Assembly: GCF_006345805.1 (NCBI RefSeq)
Contig: NC_043002.1
Location: 103,602,001 to 103,666,000, forward strand
DNA from: Octopus sinensis
Lineage: Eukaryota
Direction of reading: 5' to 3'
DNA: 64,000 nucleotides
Shown here: piece by piece, positions 12,151 through 25,620 of the stretch
How the letters are laid out: each line of letters begins with the position of its first letter
Numbering within the stretch: the stretch's first letter is position 1
Notes under the pieces: model-generated
What the model saw: only the letters and a program-made list of their open reading frames with translations
Told to the model about the DNA's origin: nothing
Database searches by the model: none
Translations under genes and position numbers: made by a program

Positions 12151-12839
12151 TCAATAATACGTTTTAGAAAAATTAATTTAAGTACTTAACATCTCGCTCA
12201 TTTGAGGAAAACTACAGTGATAATCATTTTGAGCGGCGTGTCATCTATTTTGCCATCTCACTTCCTAGAAAGATATGTTGTAAAAGTATTATATTTACTC
12301 GTGTAGAGATTTCACATCCACTCGACCAACACTTTCCAGCCTTTATAAGGAAGCAACTAAAGATCTTGCGTTAGGCGATAAATACAGCAGCAGCGATGAT
12401 AAGCGAGTAATCCAGGCTAAATAATAACACGATGTAATTCAAGAATTGTAACCATTCACTGCAGAAACGAGCCATGAGTACTTGTTCATTTGGTTGAAAA
12501 TATATACAGAACAAAGATGTGAGTGGCAAAATCAAGTATAAGTTTTAGTTCATTAAATATTGCAAAAATAGACTGGTCAGTTGCATTGCTGCACATCCCA
12601 ATGATTTGAAAAGATATCTTGAAATATAATCGAGCAAATCTGGTGAAATATGACGGTATTGAAAGCGTCCATGTAGAGACAAGCTACAATCGACGAGAAA
12701 AGATATTGGTGTTATGGAAATTCGTAACATTTACTTATCAGGATTTTGTATTATACATTCATCAATTAAATCTGCTTTCGTAAAAGGGTAATTACATACA
12801 ACCTCTTATCATATATATATACATATATATATATATATT

Positions 12840-12934
<95 letters not shown>

Positions 12935-12941
12935 CATCTGC

Positions 12942-12974
<33 letters not shown>

Positions 12975-13719
12975 TGTGCGTGTGTGTGACATTATATACA
13001 TTCATATGTACATATACCTGCATGGATAAATATATGTATATGTTTATAGATATACATAAACAAATACACGCATTTATGAATATCGAATCAAATCACACAT
13101 ATATGTATATGAACTAATTTTTCTTCACTTTCCTCAATTGTTAACTAAACGACTTCTAAAGGTGATATATAAGACATATAATTAGACAAGAAAAATATTA
13201 AGAAAGAATTGAACATTAATAGATTCTAGTGTGGATATACGTTCAATAATATTCCAATTGTTGCCGTTAATATCAAACATTTGACTCGTAATACTCCGTT
13301 TCACCATCTTTGTTCTGATATAATATTCATTTTTTGCGTTTTATATTTTTCATGTTACATTCATTTTATTTTCGTTCTGTTCTTTTTCTCGCCCTGAAGG
13401 ATACTTAGATGATATAACTTCATACCACGTGCTCGCGAGATTGGCCACCCTCTGTTTATGTGAAAAAGAATCATATCTAAGCCTGAACGCATGAAGTAAC
13501 ACCGATAGCAAGCACGCATATATGTATATATATATATTGTTACCATTTTTGTTACTATACCAAGCAATATTTCCACACTAATAAGCATTCATTCCAGTTA
13601 TCATAGAAAAGCAGAACGATATAACGTTCCTGCATCTTTGCTTCGCAGCGTTTCCTAATTTCTCAGAGCTAATAACGTCAGCTGACCGAAATATATTATC
13701 ACAGATTCTACTAACAATC

Positions 13720-13782
<63 letters not shown>

Positions 13783-13804
13783 ATACTACTACTACCACCA
13801 CCAT

Positions 13805-13857
<53 letters not shown>

Positions 13858-13858
13858 T

Positions 13859-13918
<60 letters not shown>

Positions 13919-13925
13919 CACTAGC
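13720..13925. repeat. (TAC)n microsatellite
   Basis: Long tactactac tract with interspersed cac units. Confidence 0.95.
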
Positions 13926-16433
13926 ACCACATTACATTATTATTAATAACACTTCTTTATAACATTAGATATTACTTCCTGTACGAAGTCTTTTAGTCAA
14001 AGACGTTCTATCTTGTTCATGAATTCCATTAGACGCTATGATTTTGTGAGAGAAGGGATATCAATGACCTCCAGAAAGAATTGGGAAACGTACTTTTATT
14101 ATTGTGTTATCCTCGGTTCAGCTATGACTGAGAAGATATATAACCAAAAGTATTCCATCTATGGCCATCCAGGATTATTCATTTCGCATGTCGAGAATAG
14201 AATCGTGCAATGCGTTGCTCTCTTTTTGAAATTGTAGAATGTGAATTTAGGGAGATTCTACTACTATATTTTCCATGTTGGGAAACAATTCAAATGCTTT
14301 TCCTTGCTCCGCAGTCAAGCTGCTATTGTATATATGTTCGTGCGTGATTGCATATGTCGGAATATGGAAGTATGTTTCTTCTGGGTATGACCTGAAATTG
14401 CTGCAGATATCGAGGCCTGGTTCTAGAAATCTAGATTTTTGAGCGAAGTGGAAGCATTTTTTATTTCGGCACAGCTGTTCCCAGGTTTTTTCTCACCTAC
14501 TATTGTCCCTACAATAGGTTATCTAGTAAGTCGCAGAATTTTTGCTGGAGGAAGATCACTCATAAATGATGGAGCTATGGTAGATGTGGCCCGTCAGCAG
14601 CTCTTCAGTTTGTCATCAAAGAGAAGGTGACTTCATACAACTACTGCATTGCGATAAGTACTGGGCCCGTGTCTCTTCTTCACCCATACTGTTACAATTT
14701 TGAAGGAGGAAAGAGGGGGACTGGCTTTGCACCAAACATATCCAATATAATAATATTGATCATGTAGGTTCTTTACAAAACTGAACCCTCATTCGTCGAT
14801 GTAACGAGATATTCCTATAACAATATTGTATGTATGTTTGTATATATGTATGTGTGTGTGCCCGTGTGTGTGTGTGAAGGTATCTTTTCTCATAAATTAT
14901 ATACAAGGGTGCTTACAAATGTGAGACTGCAAGAGGACAGGGCATTAATATAGATATGCAATCAATAATCTACTCGTAATATTTCAAATTTTTGTCGACG
15001 TCTGTATTGGATTAAAGTGAGCAATTCTCAGTGTAGTTTATTATCATACTACTAAGACTGGCGAAACGATACGCATTTTGATGTTATGATCCAGTCATTT
15101 AAATCGAATTTATTTGTCGTGCGCGGAAAAATAAACAAAGCAAATTCGAGATGCGAACACTGAATGCAACTGAACTACGATTAATACCGTAATGCATTCA
15201 TTTAACCCTACGTGTTCTGATATCTCACAACGTAATTCAGTATTGCGCAATTGGTGGCATACAAAACGATTTCTAAGAGTTGAAGTGTTTCTCGATTGCA
15301 ACGTTCGTCTTCTACGGCAGTGATAGAAGGCGAGTATTTATCATAGATTAGACTACCAGTGAAACATCACACCTGATGGTTGTTGTATTGTGTTTATCAA
15401 AGCTTGAACAGGCAACAAACAGGCTACGGAGATTAATATATAATATATTAATAATAATACAAATTCAGTTTTGTATTAACGCTGTAGGACTTCCTGTTTC
15501 CAACAGCTGACACTCCGTGAAAATCGAGTGCAGTGCCACTGGACCAAGGCGGTCACTCAAACAACTACAGTATGCAACACGACTGTGCAATTTTATAAAA
15601 GCAAAATAGATTGGCTATTCGATCGAATATCAGCATTTATACCTAATGAATGAAACAAAAACAAAATACCGTTTGCCTAATATTTACTTAATGTGCAAGG
15701 ATTGCCTGCACCTTGTGTGGTAAACAAATTACCTTCTTGCTCTGTCAGTGTATGATGTTTCATTAAGAGGACAACGTGTCGTTAACCTAACGATCCGCAG
15801 GTTCACAATTAACAGCGAGGAGCAGGTGGCTGCACAGGGTGTTTGTACACATCACAGTGGTTAACGGCGGAGTGGCTCTCCAGTGTTTACAATAACGTGT
15901 GCAACTGCATTATGGATATTAATCTATTAATATTTTGTTGCAGTTATTAATTTTGAAAGTGGTACTTAAAGAGATACTCTTGCCAATGTATGGAGAGCGG
16001 ATTTTAGTCTTCTCATATCACATCATCCATTGTGATGCGAAATAATAATGGCATTACTCTTTTTATCTATATACCCTCCAACGTGAGTAATGTGTATTAT
16101 CCGGGGCTTCGGGTATTGTTTCTGTAACATGTTACATAATGTCGTAGGCCTCCTGGTTATGCATTCTTATTACACCACTTCGCGATATATTCCGTAAATA
16201 ATGAAATATTTGATAGTCTATTAATATTTATAGGAATAAAAACAGCATTGATATTAATATTAATAATAATGAAAAAAATTGACAATAACAGCAATAGTAA
16301 TAATAATAATGATGATGATTATGATTATGAGGACACACTACCCACCGAGGCAGCCAAAAAAGTGTAAAACAAAAGCTAAGCAGAAAAGCGTGAAAGAAAT
16401 GTCGTGTGACAAGGAAAATTATTGCAGGACGAG

Positions 16434-16634
16434 GTGCGGAAGTTGATGTAGATATGAGAAGAATGCCTCCTCCTCATCATCATCCTCATCCTTCTCCTCT
16501 TCGATCTCTAATAATCCGGCACGATGTGCGGAAGTTGATGTAAATATGAGAAGAATGCCTCCTCCTCATCATCATTCTCATCATCATCATCATCCTCACC
16601 CCCTCCTCTTCGATCTCTAATAATCCGGCACGAT
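16434..16634. repeat. Local tandem duplication (92 bp + 109 bp units)
   Basis: Unit gtgcggaagttgatgta.atatgagaagaatgcctcc...tcgatctctaataatccggcacgat occurs twice. The copies differ mainly by (CAT)n length. Confidence 0.9.
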
Positions 16635-17007
16635 TTCCGGATAGGACATAGTATAATTCAGTTGAATAAACTTGTTTTTTTTAAATCAGACCAAAGAGAG
16701 ACGAAGAATCAGAGCATTAACATTATTCTGTATTTCTTTGGTGTAAAATGCATTCTGATTGGGTGGAAAGGATTTTAAGACATTCGTTCCAGCATTTCAG
16801 TTTTAAGACATCGAATGTCTGACACCAACAGAGAAAAGAGATAGGGAGTGAAAGAGAGAGAGAGATATGTAGAAAGAGAGAGAGGGAGAGGTGAATAGGG
16901 AGGGGATGCTGCAGAATGGTAAAGAAGGGGATACACATAGAAAGACCCTGTTTTCTATGAATAATGTAAAGAGCTGACCATGCGAATATACTTTGGCTGG
17001 AGAGTAG

Positions 17008-17250
17008 AGGAAGAAGAAGAAGAAGAAGAAGAAAAGAAGAAGAAGAAGAAAAAGAAGAAAAAGAAGAAGAAGAAGAAGAAGAAGAAGAAGCAGAATAAGA
17101 AGAAGAACAGGAAGAAGAAGAAGTTGAAGAAGGGGAAGAAAAATAGGAAGCAGAAGAAGAAGAACAAGAAGAAGAAGAAGAAGAAGAACAAGAAGAACAA
17201 GAAGAACAAGAAGAACAAGAACAAGAAGAACAAGAAGAGCAACAGCATCA
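17008..17250. repeat. (GAA)n-rich polypurine tract
   Basis: gaagaa repeats with gaacaa variants. Confidence 0.95.
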
Positions 17251-17552
17251 ATAACGAAGCGGAGGAGATTATGTAGTACAAAATGAAATTAGTGATGAAG
17301 AGGAAAGAGAACGAGAAGATGAAGGCAAGGAAAGAAGTTGACTTCGTTGAATAGAAGAGAAGATAAATTATAAGAGAAAAGAGGTTTACTGAATATTATT
17401 CTACATTGACAAGAATAAAACAACACTCGCTTATGAAGTGCCACCATGCCACAAAGTATCTTATTTGACCCACATAGGCTGCCATACAGCACCAAAGATC
17501 ACCACAACGAAATCAACTTCCACATCTCCTTGTATCACACACAGACATAAAC

Positions 17553-17603
<51 letters not shown>

Positions 17604-17859
17604 ACGGCGCCTTGACTTTTGTTCAAACGGAACCAATATTACCTATGTAACGTAAGATGAGAATCGCTATTCTTTTGAACATTCTTAATAATATGTCTTG
17701 TGAAATATTAACAGAACATCATATGTTGAAATTTTAGAAATGCGGTGTGCACAAGTGTATATGTATACCCGTACCACGTACGCATGTGCGCATATGTATA
17801 CATCTGACTGTCAATGTGTGTGTGTCTATATACAAAGTCTCATATGACACATGTGTATA

Positions 17860-18172
<313 letters not shown>

Positions 18173-20709
18173 TTATATGATGAAATACCGAAAAACAAAT
18201 AAATCAATTCTCAAACGTCAGGTAACTTTGTATGTTTCAGTGATTTTTTTAGAAGCTTCATTGGACAAGAATTCGCTGTTATTGGTAAAATGTCAAGAAT
18301 TTTTTCTTACCATCACATCACAAGACCAGTTAAATCATTGAAAACACGGTACATTGCTCAAAGCCAAAAAACATAATCTTTGTATTACAAATTCATATTT
18401 TTATATTACTTAATTTCGTCTGAACAAATTCTTTTGATTTTAATATTTCAAATTATAATCTGGCTCTAAGTGCGACATAAACATTAGTGAGTCACACCAA
18501 ATATAGAGCAACGTCTGGCGTCATTTCTTTAAAAGATCACAACCTTCCTACTTCGTACTTTTAAGAAATTTCTAGAGCTTTTTAGGAATAAACACAGATA
18601 TGTACCAGTAATATTTTATGTTATTTTGAATACAACATTTTGCATTCATTACGATAATTATTGCTGTGCCTCATTTTACAATCTGTGTTCCATTTATCAT
18701 TGAAGAACCACATATTTTCTGTGCAGTTTTCTTGAAATGGCTGGCTCCTGATGTTGCTATTTGTGCCAAGCGTTCTTGCTGATATCCTTGTTCTGGCTGT
18801 TGCTGCTGTTTTTCTCATTGCTGATGCTGTTATGGCTGTTCTCAATGAAATCCAAGTGGGCATAAGATTTCTTGAGGTGATCTAACTCTTTGTTCAGGAA
18901 AAGAGCGACAAGAAATCTACCACATATTGCTTCTTTCATTTTCGAATACGGCAGGATTTAGAAAACATGGATTTTACTGTTATTTCTTGAGCATTGATTA
19001 ATGGCAAGCATTTCTTATACATGTCATTAAAGATATGCCACTGACAGGAAGATAATAGCAACAAGGATTTTGTATTTTTGACGCTAAATACCTTGTGAAC
19101 CAGGAGCAGATACTGGAGGAAGCACAGTTATGTATGTCGTAGCATTCAACATAGCTGTAGTGTTTTCCCTGAAATGTGAGTAGACCTTCGCATGGCAATT
19201 TTCACCCTATACGTCTCTTTTTTCTTGTGTAAAACAAACAAACGCAGATTTAAGATTCAGTTGCTACATCCACTAATATGAAAGTATGGCTGGTCATAGT
19301 GACTGTTTACAGACAGGAATATATCCCGCGAAAATACATATCATACATTCCGAAGGTTTTAATACGTTCCCGATAATTTAATCTGCAGTGACGCAGAGGC
19401 GTATACTATATAGGCACACGTTCATGGGCGCACACCTGCTATTCTCAGCATATACACACATAGTCAGCCACATAGCTAAGATTATTTGATATAATAATCG
19501 TTTCCACAACAGGTACAAGTCCTGACATTTTGTGTGAAGGGGTTAGTCGACTTTATCGACTCTAATTCATAACTGGTCCTTATTTCAAAGACACACAATT
19601 AATGAAATGCAAAGACGACATGGGTGCAAATTGAACTCAAACTGACTGGAACGCCGGAAGAAATGCCTCAAGCAAATGGTTCGGCGTGAAAGCCAGCCAG
19701 TCAGCCCGCTAGTCAAAATCTATTATGAGATGCAGAATGCGTGTGTGTTTGCTAGTGCGTGTGAAATGATGCGGAGGACGGTGTAACGTTGGTGACATCA
19801 CCAGTGTGTATGTCAGCTGCTGACAGCACACCGTAATATCATCAGTATGTAACTTGGAGCGAAATGTAAATCATACAATCTTTGAAGCATATTACGTCAC
19901 CTGATGGATCTCTCTGGACTGCACGATGTACATGATGTCATTACATCGGTCCCCAATAAATAGGGAGCATGGCAGAAGACAGCTGAGAAAATTGTTGTGC
20001 TAAATAAAGCTTCAAGTTACACTCCGACTCCTCATGAAACATTGAAAATATACACAATGTGCATTTGGGAATTTCTTATGTATATCCAACGATGAAAGCA
20101 CACTACCGCGTATGACGCCGGGTGCCTTTAAATAGTTAACGCGCTCTTCAGGCACACTACCTGAGAATTACCCGAAACAAGATTTGGATGCTGCATTACA
20201 GTGTCTCCTTTCCAGACCGTAATCGCAATAAGGAATTTAACTTGTATATATATATATATATATATATATATGCATACATACAAAATCATACACACTCACA
20301 CACGTATATGTATGCATGTGTATGTGTGGGTGTTTGTGTGTATATATATATATATATATATATGTATCTAAATACACACATACACTCATACACGTATTTA
20401 TAGTTATAATTAACGAATAAAAAATTCCTATGATTTATAGTAACGCATAAGAGAGAAACAAGCGTACATTTATACGTTCGCATTTTTTTTCTTTTTTCGT
20501 ATTAAACTTTTTAAGTTGTTCCGACAGTCAAAGCCGTTTTCTTTCTGTCGTCTCTAGATAACTTTTACATTGAATAAGCAAATAGTAATTAATTAACTAC
20601 ACGCATGCTTACACGTATACACATGCACAAACACAGAAACACTACATACACACGTCTCTCTCCTTCTTCTCTCTCTCCCTCTCTCCCCATTTTCATATAT
20701 ATATATATA

Positions 20710-20743
<34 letters not shown>

Positions 20744-21624
20744 TGTTTATATAAATATATATACGCACACACAATCACATGAATTTGTGCGTCTGTTTAT
20801 AAAGCAGTTTTTGGACGTCTCTATTCGCATATTTGCATGCATGTGTATATTCGTATGTGTATATGAATATAAATAATCATGTTTGATTATCTGAGAATAT
20901 CACGTTAATTAAGTTCCTCTCAATCAATGGCATTGTCTTATCCTGTTAACGTCGCTACATTATGTCTACAGGCAACATATTTATCTGTCAACTGTTGAAT
21001 CCAGTGCTGTGTCTACCTCACGGACTCAGCATTGTTGCAATGAACGGCGGTAATGAAATATTACTGTAGACTTCAACACCCAAGTTTATTAATTGAAAAT
21101 CTTCAAGTGATGACGACGACGATGACCATGATGTTGATGATAATGATGATGATGACTTGGTTGTTGGCTGGGAATGGTCTCTCTTTGAAGTTCTAAACGC
21201 ACTAAATTAAGATAGAGACTTAACTAATTTTGTAATAAACTCTGTCAAATTTTCAAATCTGCTGGAACATATCTATGATCGAATAAATCCCAGCATTTAT
21301 ATATTCCTGTCGGTGTCATGATAAGTAAAACTGCATTATCCACAGCATCTTTTCCTTATTAAACAGAGTAGTGTGCGGTTTGTATTAAACTCGTCTTATC
21401 CCAGTATGTTTACGCGGGATACCCAGAGATTGTTCTCCATTTCATGGCTAGCCGGCTACAGTTAATATCGACTGTGTTTGCTGTAAATGTTCCTTCGATT
21501 TCGTCACAAGGCCAGCTTTTAGAAATTGATTTAGTTGATCAGGGCTCGATTTCACGTCAAAGCATACACTGGAAGGCATTTTTCCGAGACTCTAAACATT
21601 CCTAAAACACGCTCTATGTTTACT

Positions 21625-21840
21625 AGAAATATCGGTTTCTGTGTTTGGCTCAAGACCGGCAACTTCGCGGGAGGGTGTAAGTCGATTATATCGACCCGAA
21701 TGACAAGATGCTATTGGATTTATCGGTACCGAAAGAGTGAAAAGTAAATCCGATTCGACGGATTTTGAACCACGAACATAAGACGGATGAAATGTCTGTA
21801 AGCATTTTGCGCGGGGTTCTAACCCTACTGTCACATCACC
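21625..21840 (-). mobile_element. tRNA-derived SINE, degenerate family 1 relative
   Basis: taagtcgattatatcgacc...gaaagagtgaaaagtaaatccg...ttttgaaccacgaac...taagcattttgcgcgg matches the reverse complement of family 1. Confidence 0.7.
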
Positions 21841-22689
21841 AACTTATCTTTACTAAAATATTGCACCATGTTTCACTTCTTCCTCATACATAGTGAAACT
21901 CTCGGACATATTATTTTCGTAAAACTATTATCTACTAGATATATCAGGAGGATCGATCTGGAACCAGGACCAATTCGATAGTGAGGAATAAGATGCATAA
22001 AACTCAAAGTTATCACAATAGGAATTCCCTTAATTGTAATATTTCTTGATTGCAGATGTCTCAGGGCCTAGTAATGTTAAATATATTCATGCTGTAAACT
22101 TGGGACTATATCCTTCTGAAGTATCTCTCTTCCCGTCCGGTTCAGGATGTAATTATTCGTTAAAGGGGTGATTGCATGTGAAATACAGACAATGCAAGCA
22201 TTTTCTGTGCCACGTTGAAAGAAGATATTAGAGATTAGAAGAAATACAAAAGTAAGCATAAAATATCCTTCAAATCACGCCCTATCTTCTTAAATTTAGA
22301 TAGAAATATGTTTGTGTGTGTGCTCGCGCGCGCCTATGTCTGTGTCTGTTTCTGTGTCTTATCTCGTTTTACCACACTTCCTTCTGTCTTTCTCTTCTTC
22401 CCTCAAAATTTCCTGTGTATCCGACGAAGGATTATTTCCGAAACATTATACCTTATAATGTTTCTTTAATCGTCTACCTAATGATAATAATCGTTAAATC
22501 CTTTCCGCTTTTCTTGTATATCTTCCTCCCAATTTGAAATTTACCATTGATACGCACGTGCACATACATACACACACACAAACACACACCTACAGACACA
22601 CTCACACAAACGTGAACATTGTTTTCCTGGATCTTTGAGCCATATATATATTTCAATATGAGACCGCGTGTGCATCGTTGGCGATTTTC

Positions 22690-22850
22690 TTTCTCCATCT
22701 TCCCTTCTTTGGACTTTTTCTATATTTCTGATGAAGAGCTCCGCTCGAAACGCGAAATCTTCTTTATTTTATTTCCTTTCCTGAGCGTCCAATAACACTA
22801 TTCTCCTTCCACGTCCGCGCGTTGTTGATTTTTCTTTCTTGTTTGGGTTA
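22690..22850 (+). mobile_element. PLE-type terminus family B ending at (TA)n
   Basis: Homologous to the reverse complement of 38108-38310 (gaagagctccgctcgaaac...ttcctgagcgtccaat.a.ac.a...ccacgtc..cgcgttgttg). Confidence 0.65.
22724..22758 (+). ncRNA. Minimal hammerhead-like motif (canonical core, damaged cleavage site)
   Basis: ATTT-CTGATGA-A-GAGC-tcc-GCTC-GAA-ACGC-G-AAAT. Stem I is ATTT/AAAT and stem II is GAGC/GCTC. Confidence 0.55.
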
Positions 22851-22912
22851 ACTATATATATATACATACATACATATATATATATATATTATATATATAT
22901 ATATAATATATA

Positions 22913-22987
<75 letters not shown>

Positions 22988-23699
22988 TACATACATACAT
23001 ACATACAATCATACATACAGGGCAAAAAAAATCGGAATGGACATAGATGGAATTCTCTAATAAGTGGCCACCTAAATAAGATACATATGAACCTAACTAA
23101 CAGCTGCAATAACATCCAGGGGTTGAATCAGGAAAATACATTTATAAATCATTCATAAAATCTCGCTCACACGTAAAACAGACACAACATTACAACACGC
23201 AACTAAAGACTCTCACTAATGTATATTATTCATTTGGTTTCATGCAAATGTGACATATTTATGTAGATGATGGCTTTAATTATATATACACTGACGCTTG
23301 CCATTGATTTCACCGTTTATAATGTATTTTTCTATCAAGAAATTGGCGATTAGTTAGCGTGAAGCCAGAAAAAAATCACCACCTCTCGAAAGACATTCTC
23401 TTGTGATTTATATTACGTCGTATAAACATACGAGGAATATATTTTTATCAAATGTGTTCGATACTGATGTGAAGCACACACACACAAACACAAATACGTA
23501 CACACACACAAACACAAATACACACACACACACAAACGCATATATGTGTGTGTATATGCATATATATTTATCTTTGTGTATATAATTGTATGTATGTATG
23601 TGTGTACATATAAATATACATATATATATATATATCTGTGGATGTCAAAATAATATATACATTTATGTATGTATGTATATATATGTTAGATCGTTAGCT

Positions 23700-23875
23700 C
23701 CTACACGCATTTTTTCTCTCCTTGATTTTTCTCTGTGTATCTTTCTGTCGAAGAGCCTAGGCTCGAAACGTAAAAGACTTGTTCAATTTCTATTCCTGAG
23801 CGCCATACTAATACATTTGTTTGTTTGTACTCCACCTGCCTTCGTCTTTTGTTTATTTTCATAAACCTTCCCGTT
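23700..23875 (+). mobile_element. PLE-type terminus family A ending at (TA)n
   Basis: Homologous to 10461-10580. Contains a hammerhead-like fold. Confidence 0.65.
23740..23777 (+). ncRNA. Minimal hammerhead-like motif with variant core CUGUCGA
   Basis: TCTTT-CTGTCGA-A-GAGC-ctag-GCTC-GAA-ACGT-A-AAAGA. It has a 5-bp stem I, a palindromic stem II, a palindromic ACGT stem III and a GUA cleavage triplet. Confidence 0.55.
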
Positions 23876-25038
23876 ATATATATATATATATATATACATA
23901 CATATATATGTACAGACTAAAGAGGAAGGGTGTACATCCCGTGTTGACAATTCCGAATGAAGATCTTGCCACCTCGTTTTGTTCTTCATTAATTGGGTAC
24001 TAGTGTTCTCTTTCCAATGTATTTATGACTACCGTAGTTACGCAGTCCAAGGATATAAAATATATGAATGGAATTGTGAGCTTCGCATCACACCGTTATG
24101 AATACAATTTCAAAAGATCTCGTTTTGTCTTCTTTCATACAAGAAAACGTGAACTCAGACGCTCAAAAAATAAAATAATAAAAAAATTATATGGGTGACA
24201 GGTATTTTATTTTTGTATAATTGAGTTGTTAAATTAGTAAAATCGTCAGCGGGTTGGGCAATATATTTAGCGACATTTCTTCAAACTTCGCTCTACCTTC
24301 AAATCTCGTCGTATTGGTTTCGATGTTCTAAAATTGCCATTTCTTCCCGAATTTCGGGATTTGTGCCAAAATTTGAAAGGTTGCTTATTGTCTTTTGTTT
24401 TTTTTTTTTTTTGTTTATATACTTCAATATTAAAAGAATCTGTTTGTTTTACTTTTGTGTTGTATTACATTTTATGCATTTCTTTCAACATCTTTTAATC
24501 GGATTAACTTGAACTTTAGAAAAGAAATTGTCGCGAAAACTCTGCAAAATAGAAAATAGTCCTGTCAATTGTTACGAAAATGGAAATGAAGATGTCTGGT
24601 TATCTATCTGGACACCATGACACGCTACAAATTGAGAATTATAAAGGAGATTTATTTAGATTTATAAAGGAGATTTATTTAGATGCTTGAATTACTAGAA
24701 ATAGCAGTCAAATAAAACTTGCATCCCATGATCGTCTTTAAGACTTATCATCATACTGGATGCGAAAATGAAGTTTAAAAAACTTCGTTTACATACTTAT
24801 ACAGTATACTATTACAGCTAATGCTTTCTTATATATAACTTGGTCAGCGTCCAGTATGGTTATATATAAAAGTAAATAAAATTTAAGGGGAAGAAAAGTT
24901 CTAAAGAATCAAACGGACATAACTAAGTTCCCGTTGATTATATACGCAGAAATATGTTCTCCAAAACATGTGGTCATTCTTCACTGACACCGAACTGTGT
25001 TTGGTCATTCTTCACTATGCAATCGATCAGAATGACCA

Positions 25039-25620
25039 CGGGAAGTATGTGATGTTTGGCACCAACAGAATCCCACTGAAATAGGCGATTTGGATGTTAA
25101 TGGACAGCCATTAGTTGTAGAAATTGACGACAGCAATTTCTTTCAACGTAAGTATCAACAGAGGTGAGTGCCTCCCCCCCCCGGCCATTTGATAATCGGC
25201 GGCATACAACGGGTCTCTAAAGAGTATTCTTTTGGTCGAAGTACCTGACCGTACAGAACAAACTTTAACTACGCGGACACAAAGATGGATTTTAGCTGGG
25301 ACTCACATAGGCAGTGATATCTGGTGAGCGTATAATAAATATTCGTATCCTGAATGATTGTGTGAGCACGCACGTGGTGATTATACACCAACAAGATTTA
25401 GTTGATCCTCATGATCACGACGACCACACGCTATATATGGAAAACATGCGGATGTGAGTTAAACAGAAGTGACAACGACAGTTTGGCACATCGGACGATT
25501 TATTTGCTTCGTATTTGAATGGCGCAATTCCACGAATAAAAAGAAAACATTTGTTCGCTTTCTGGTGGCTATAACTAGGGTTTTTACTGTCGAAAAAGTA
25601 AGTTACTTCTTTATTACTTA
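25039..25620 (+). mobile_element. Merlin (IS1016/IS1595-like, ISXO2 DDE domain) transposase relic with stops and frameshifts
   Basis: Successive frames: REVCDVWHQQNPTEIGDLDVNGQPLVVEIDDSNFFQRKY; IIGGIQRVSK; LVEVPDRTEQTL...QRWILAGTHIGSDIW*AY; VIIHQQDLVDPHD..HTLYMENMRM*VKQK*QRQFGTSDDLFASYL; EWR. All three DDE segments of ISXO2-type transposases are present in order. Confidence 0.88.

Noticed and set aside
12490-12690. Minus-strand hydrophobic frame LVSTWTLSIPSYF...DFATHIFVLYIFSTK*, superficially like GPCR TM6-TM7
   Set aside because: It lacks CWxP and NPxxY-type motifs. T-rich strands give hydrophobic frames by default, and similar frames occur at 18.6 and 27.0 kb.
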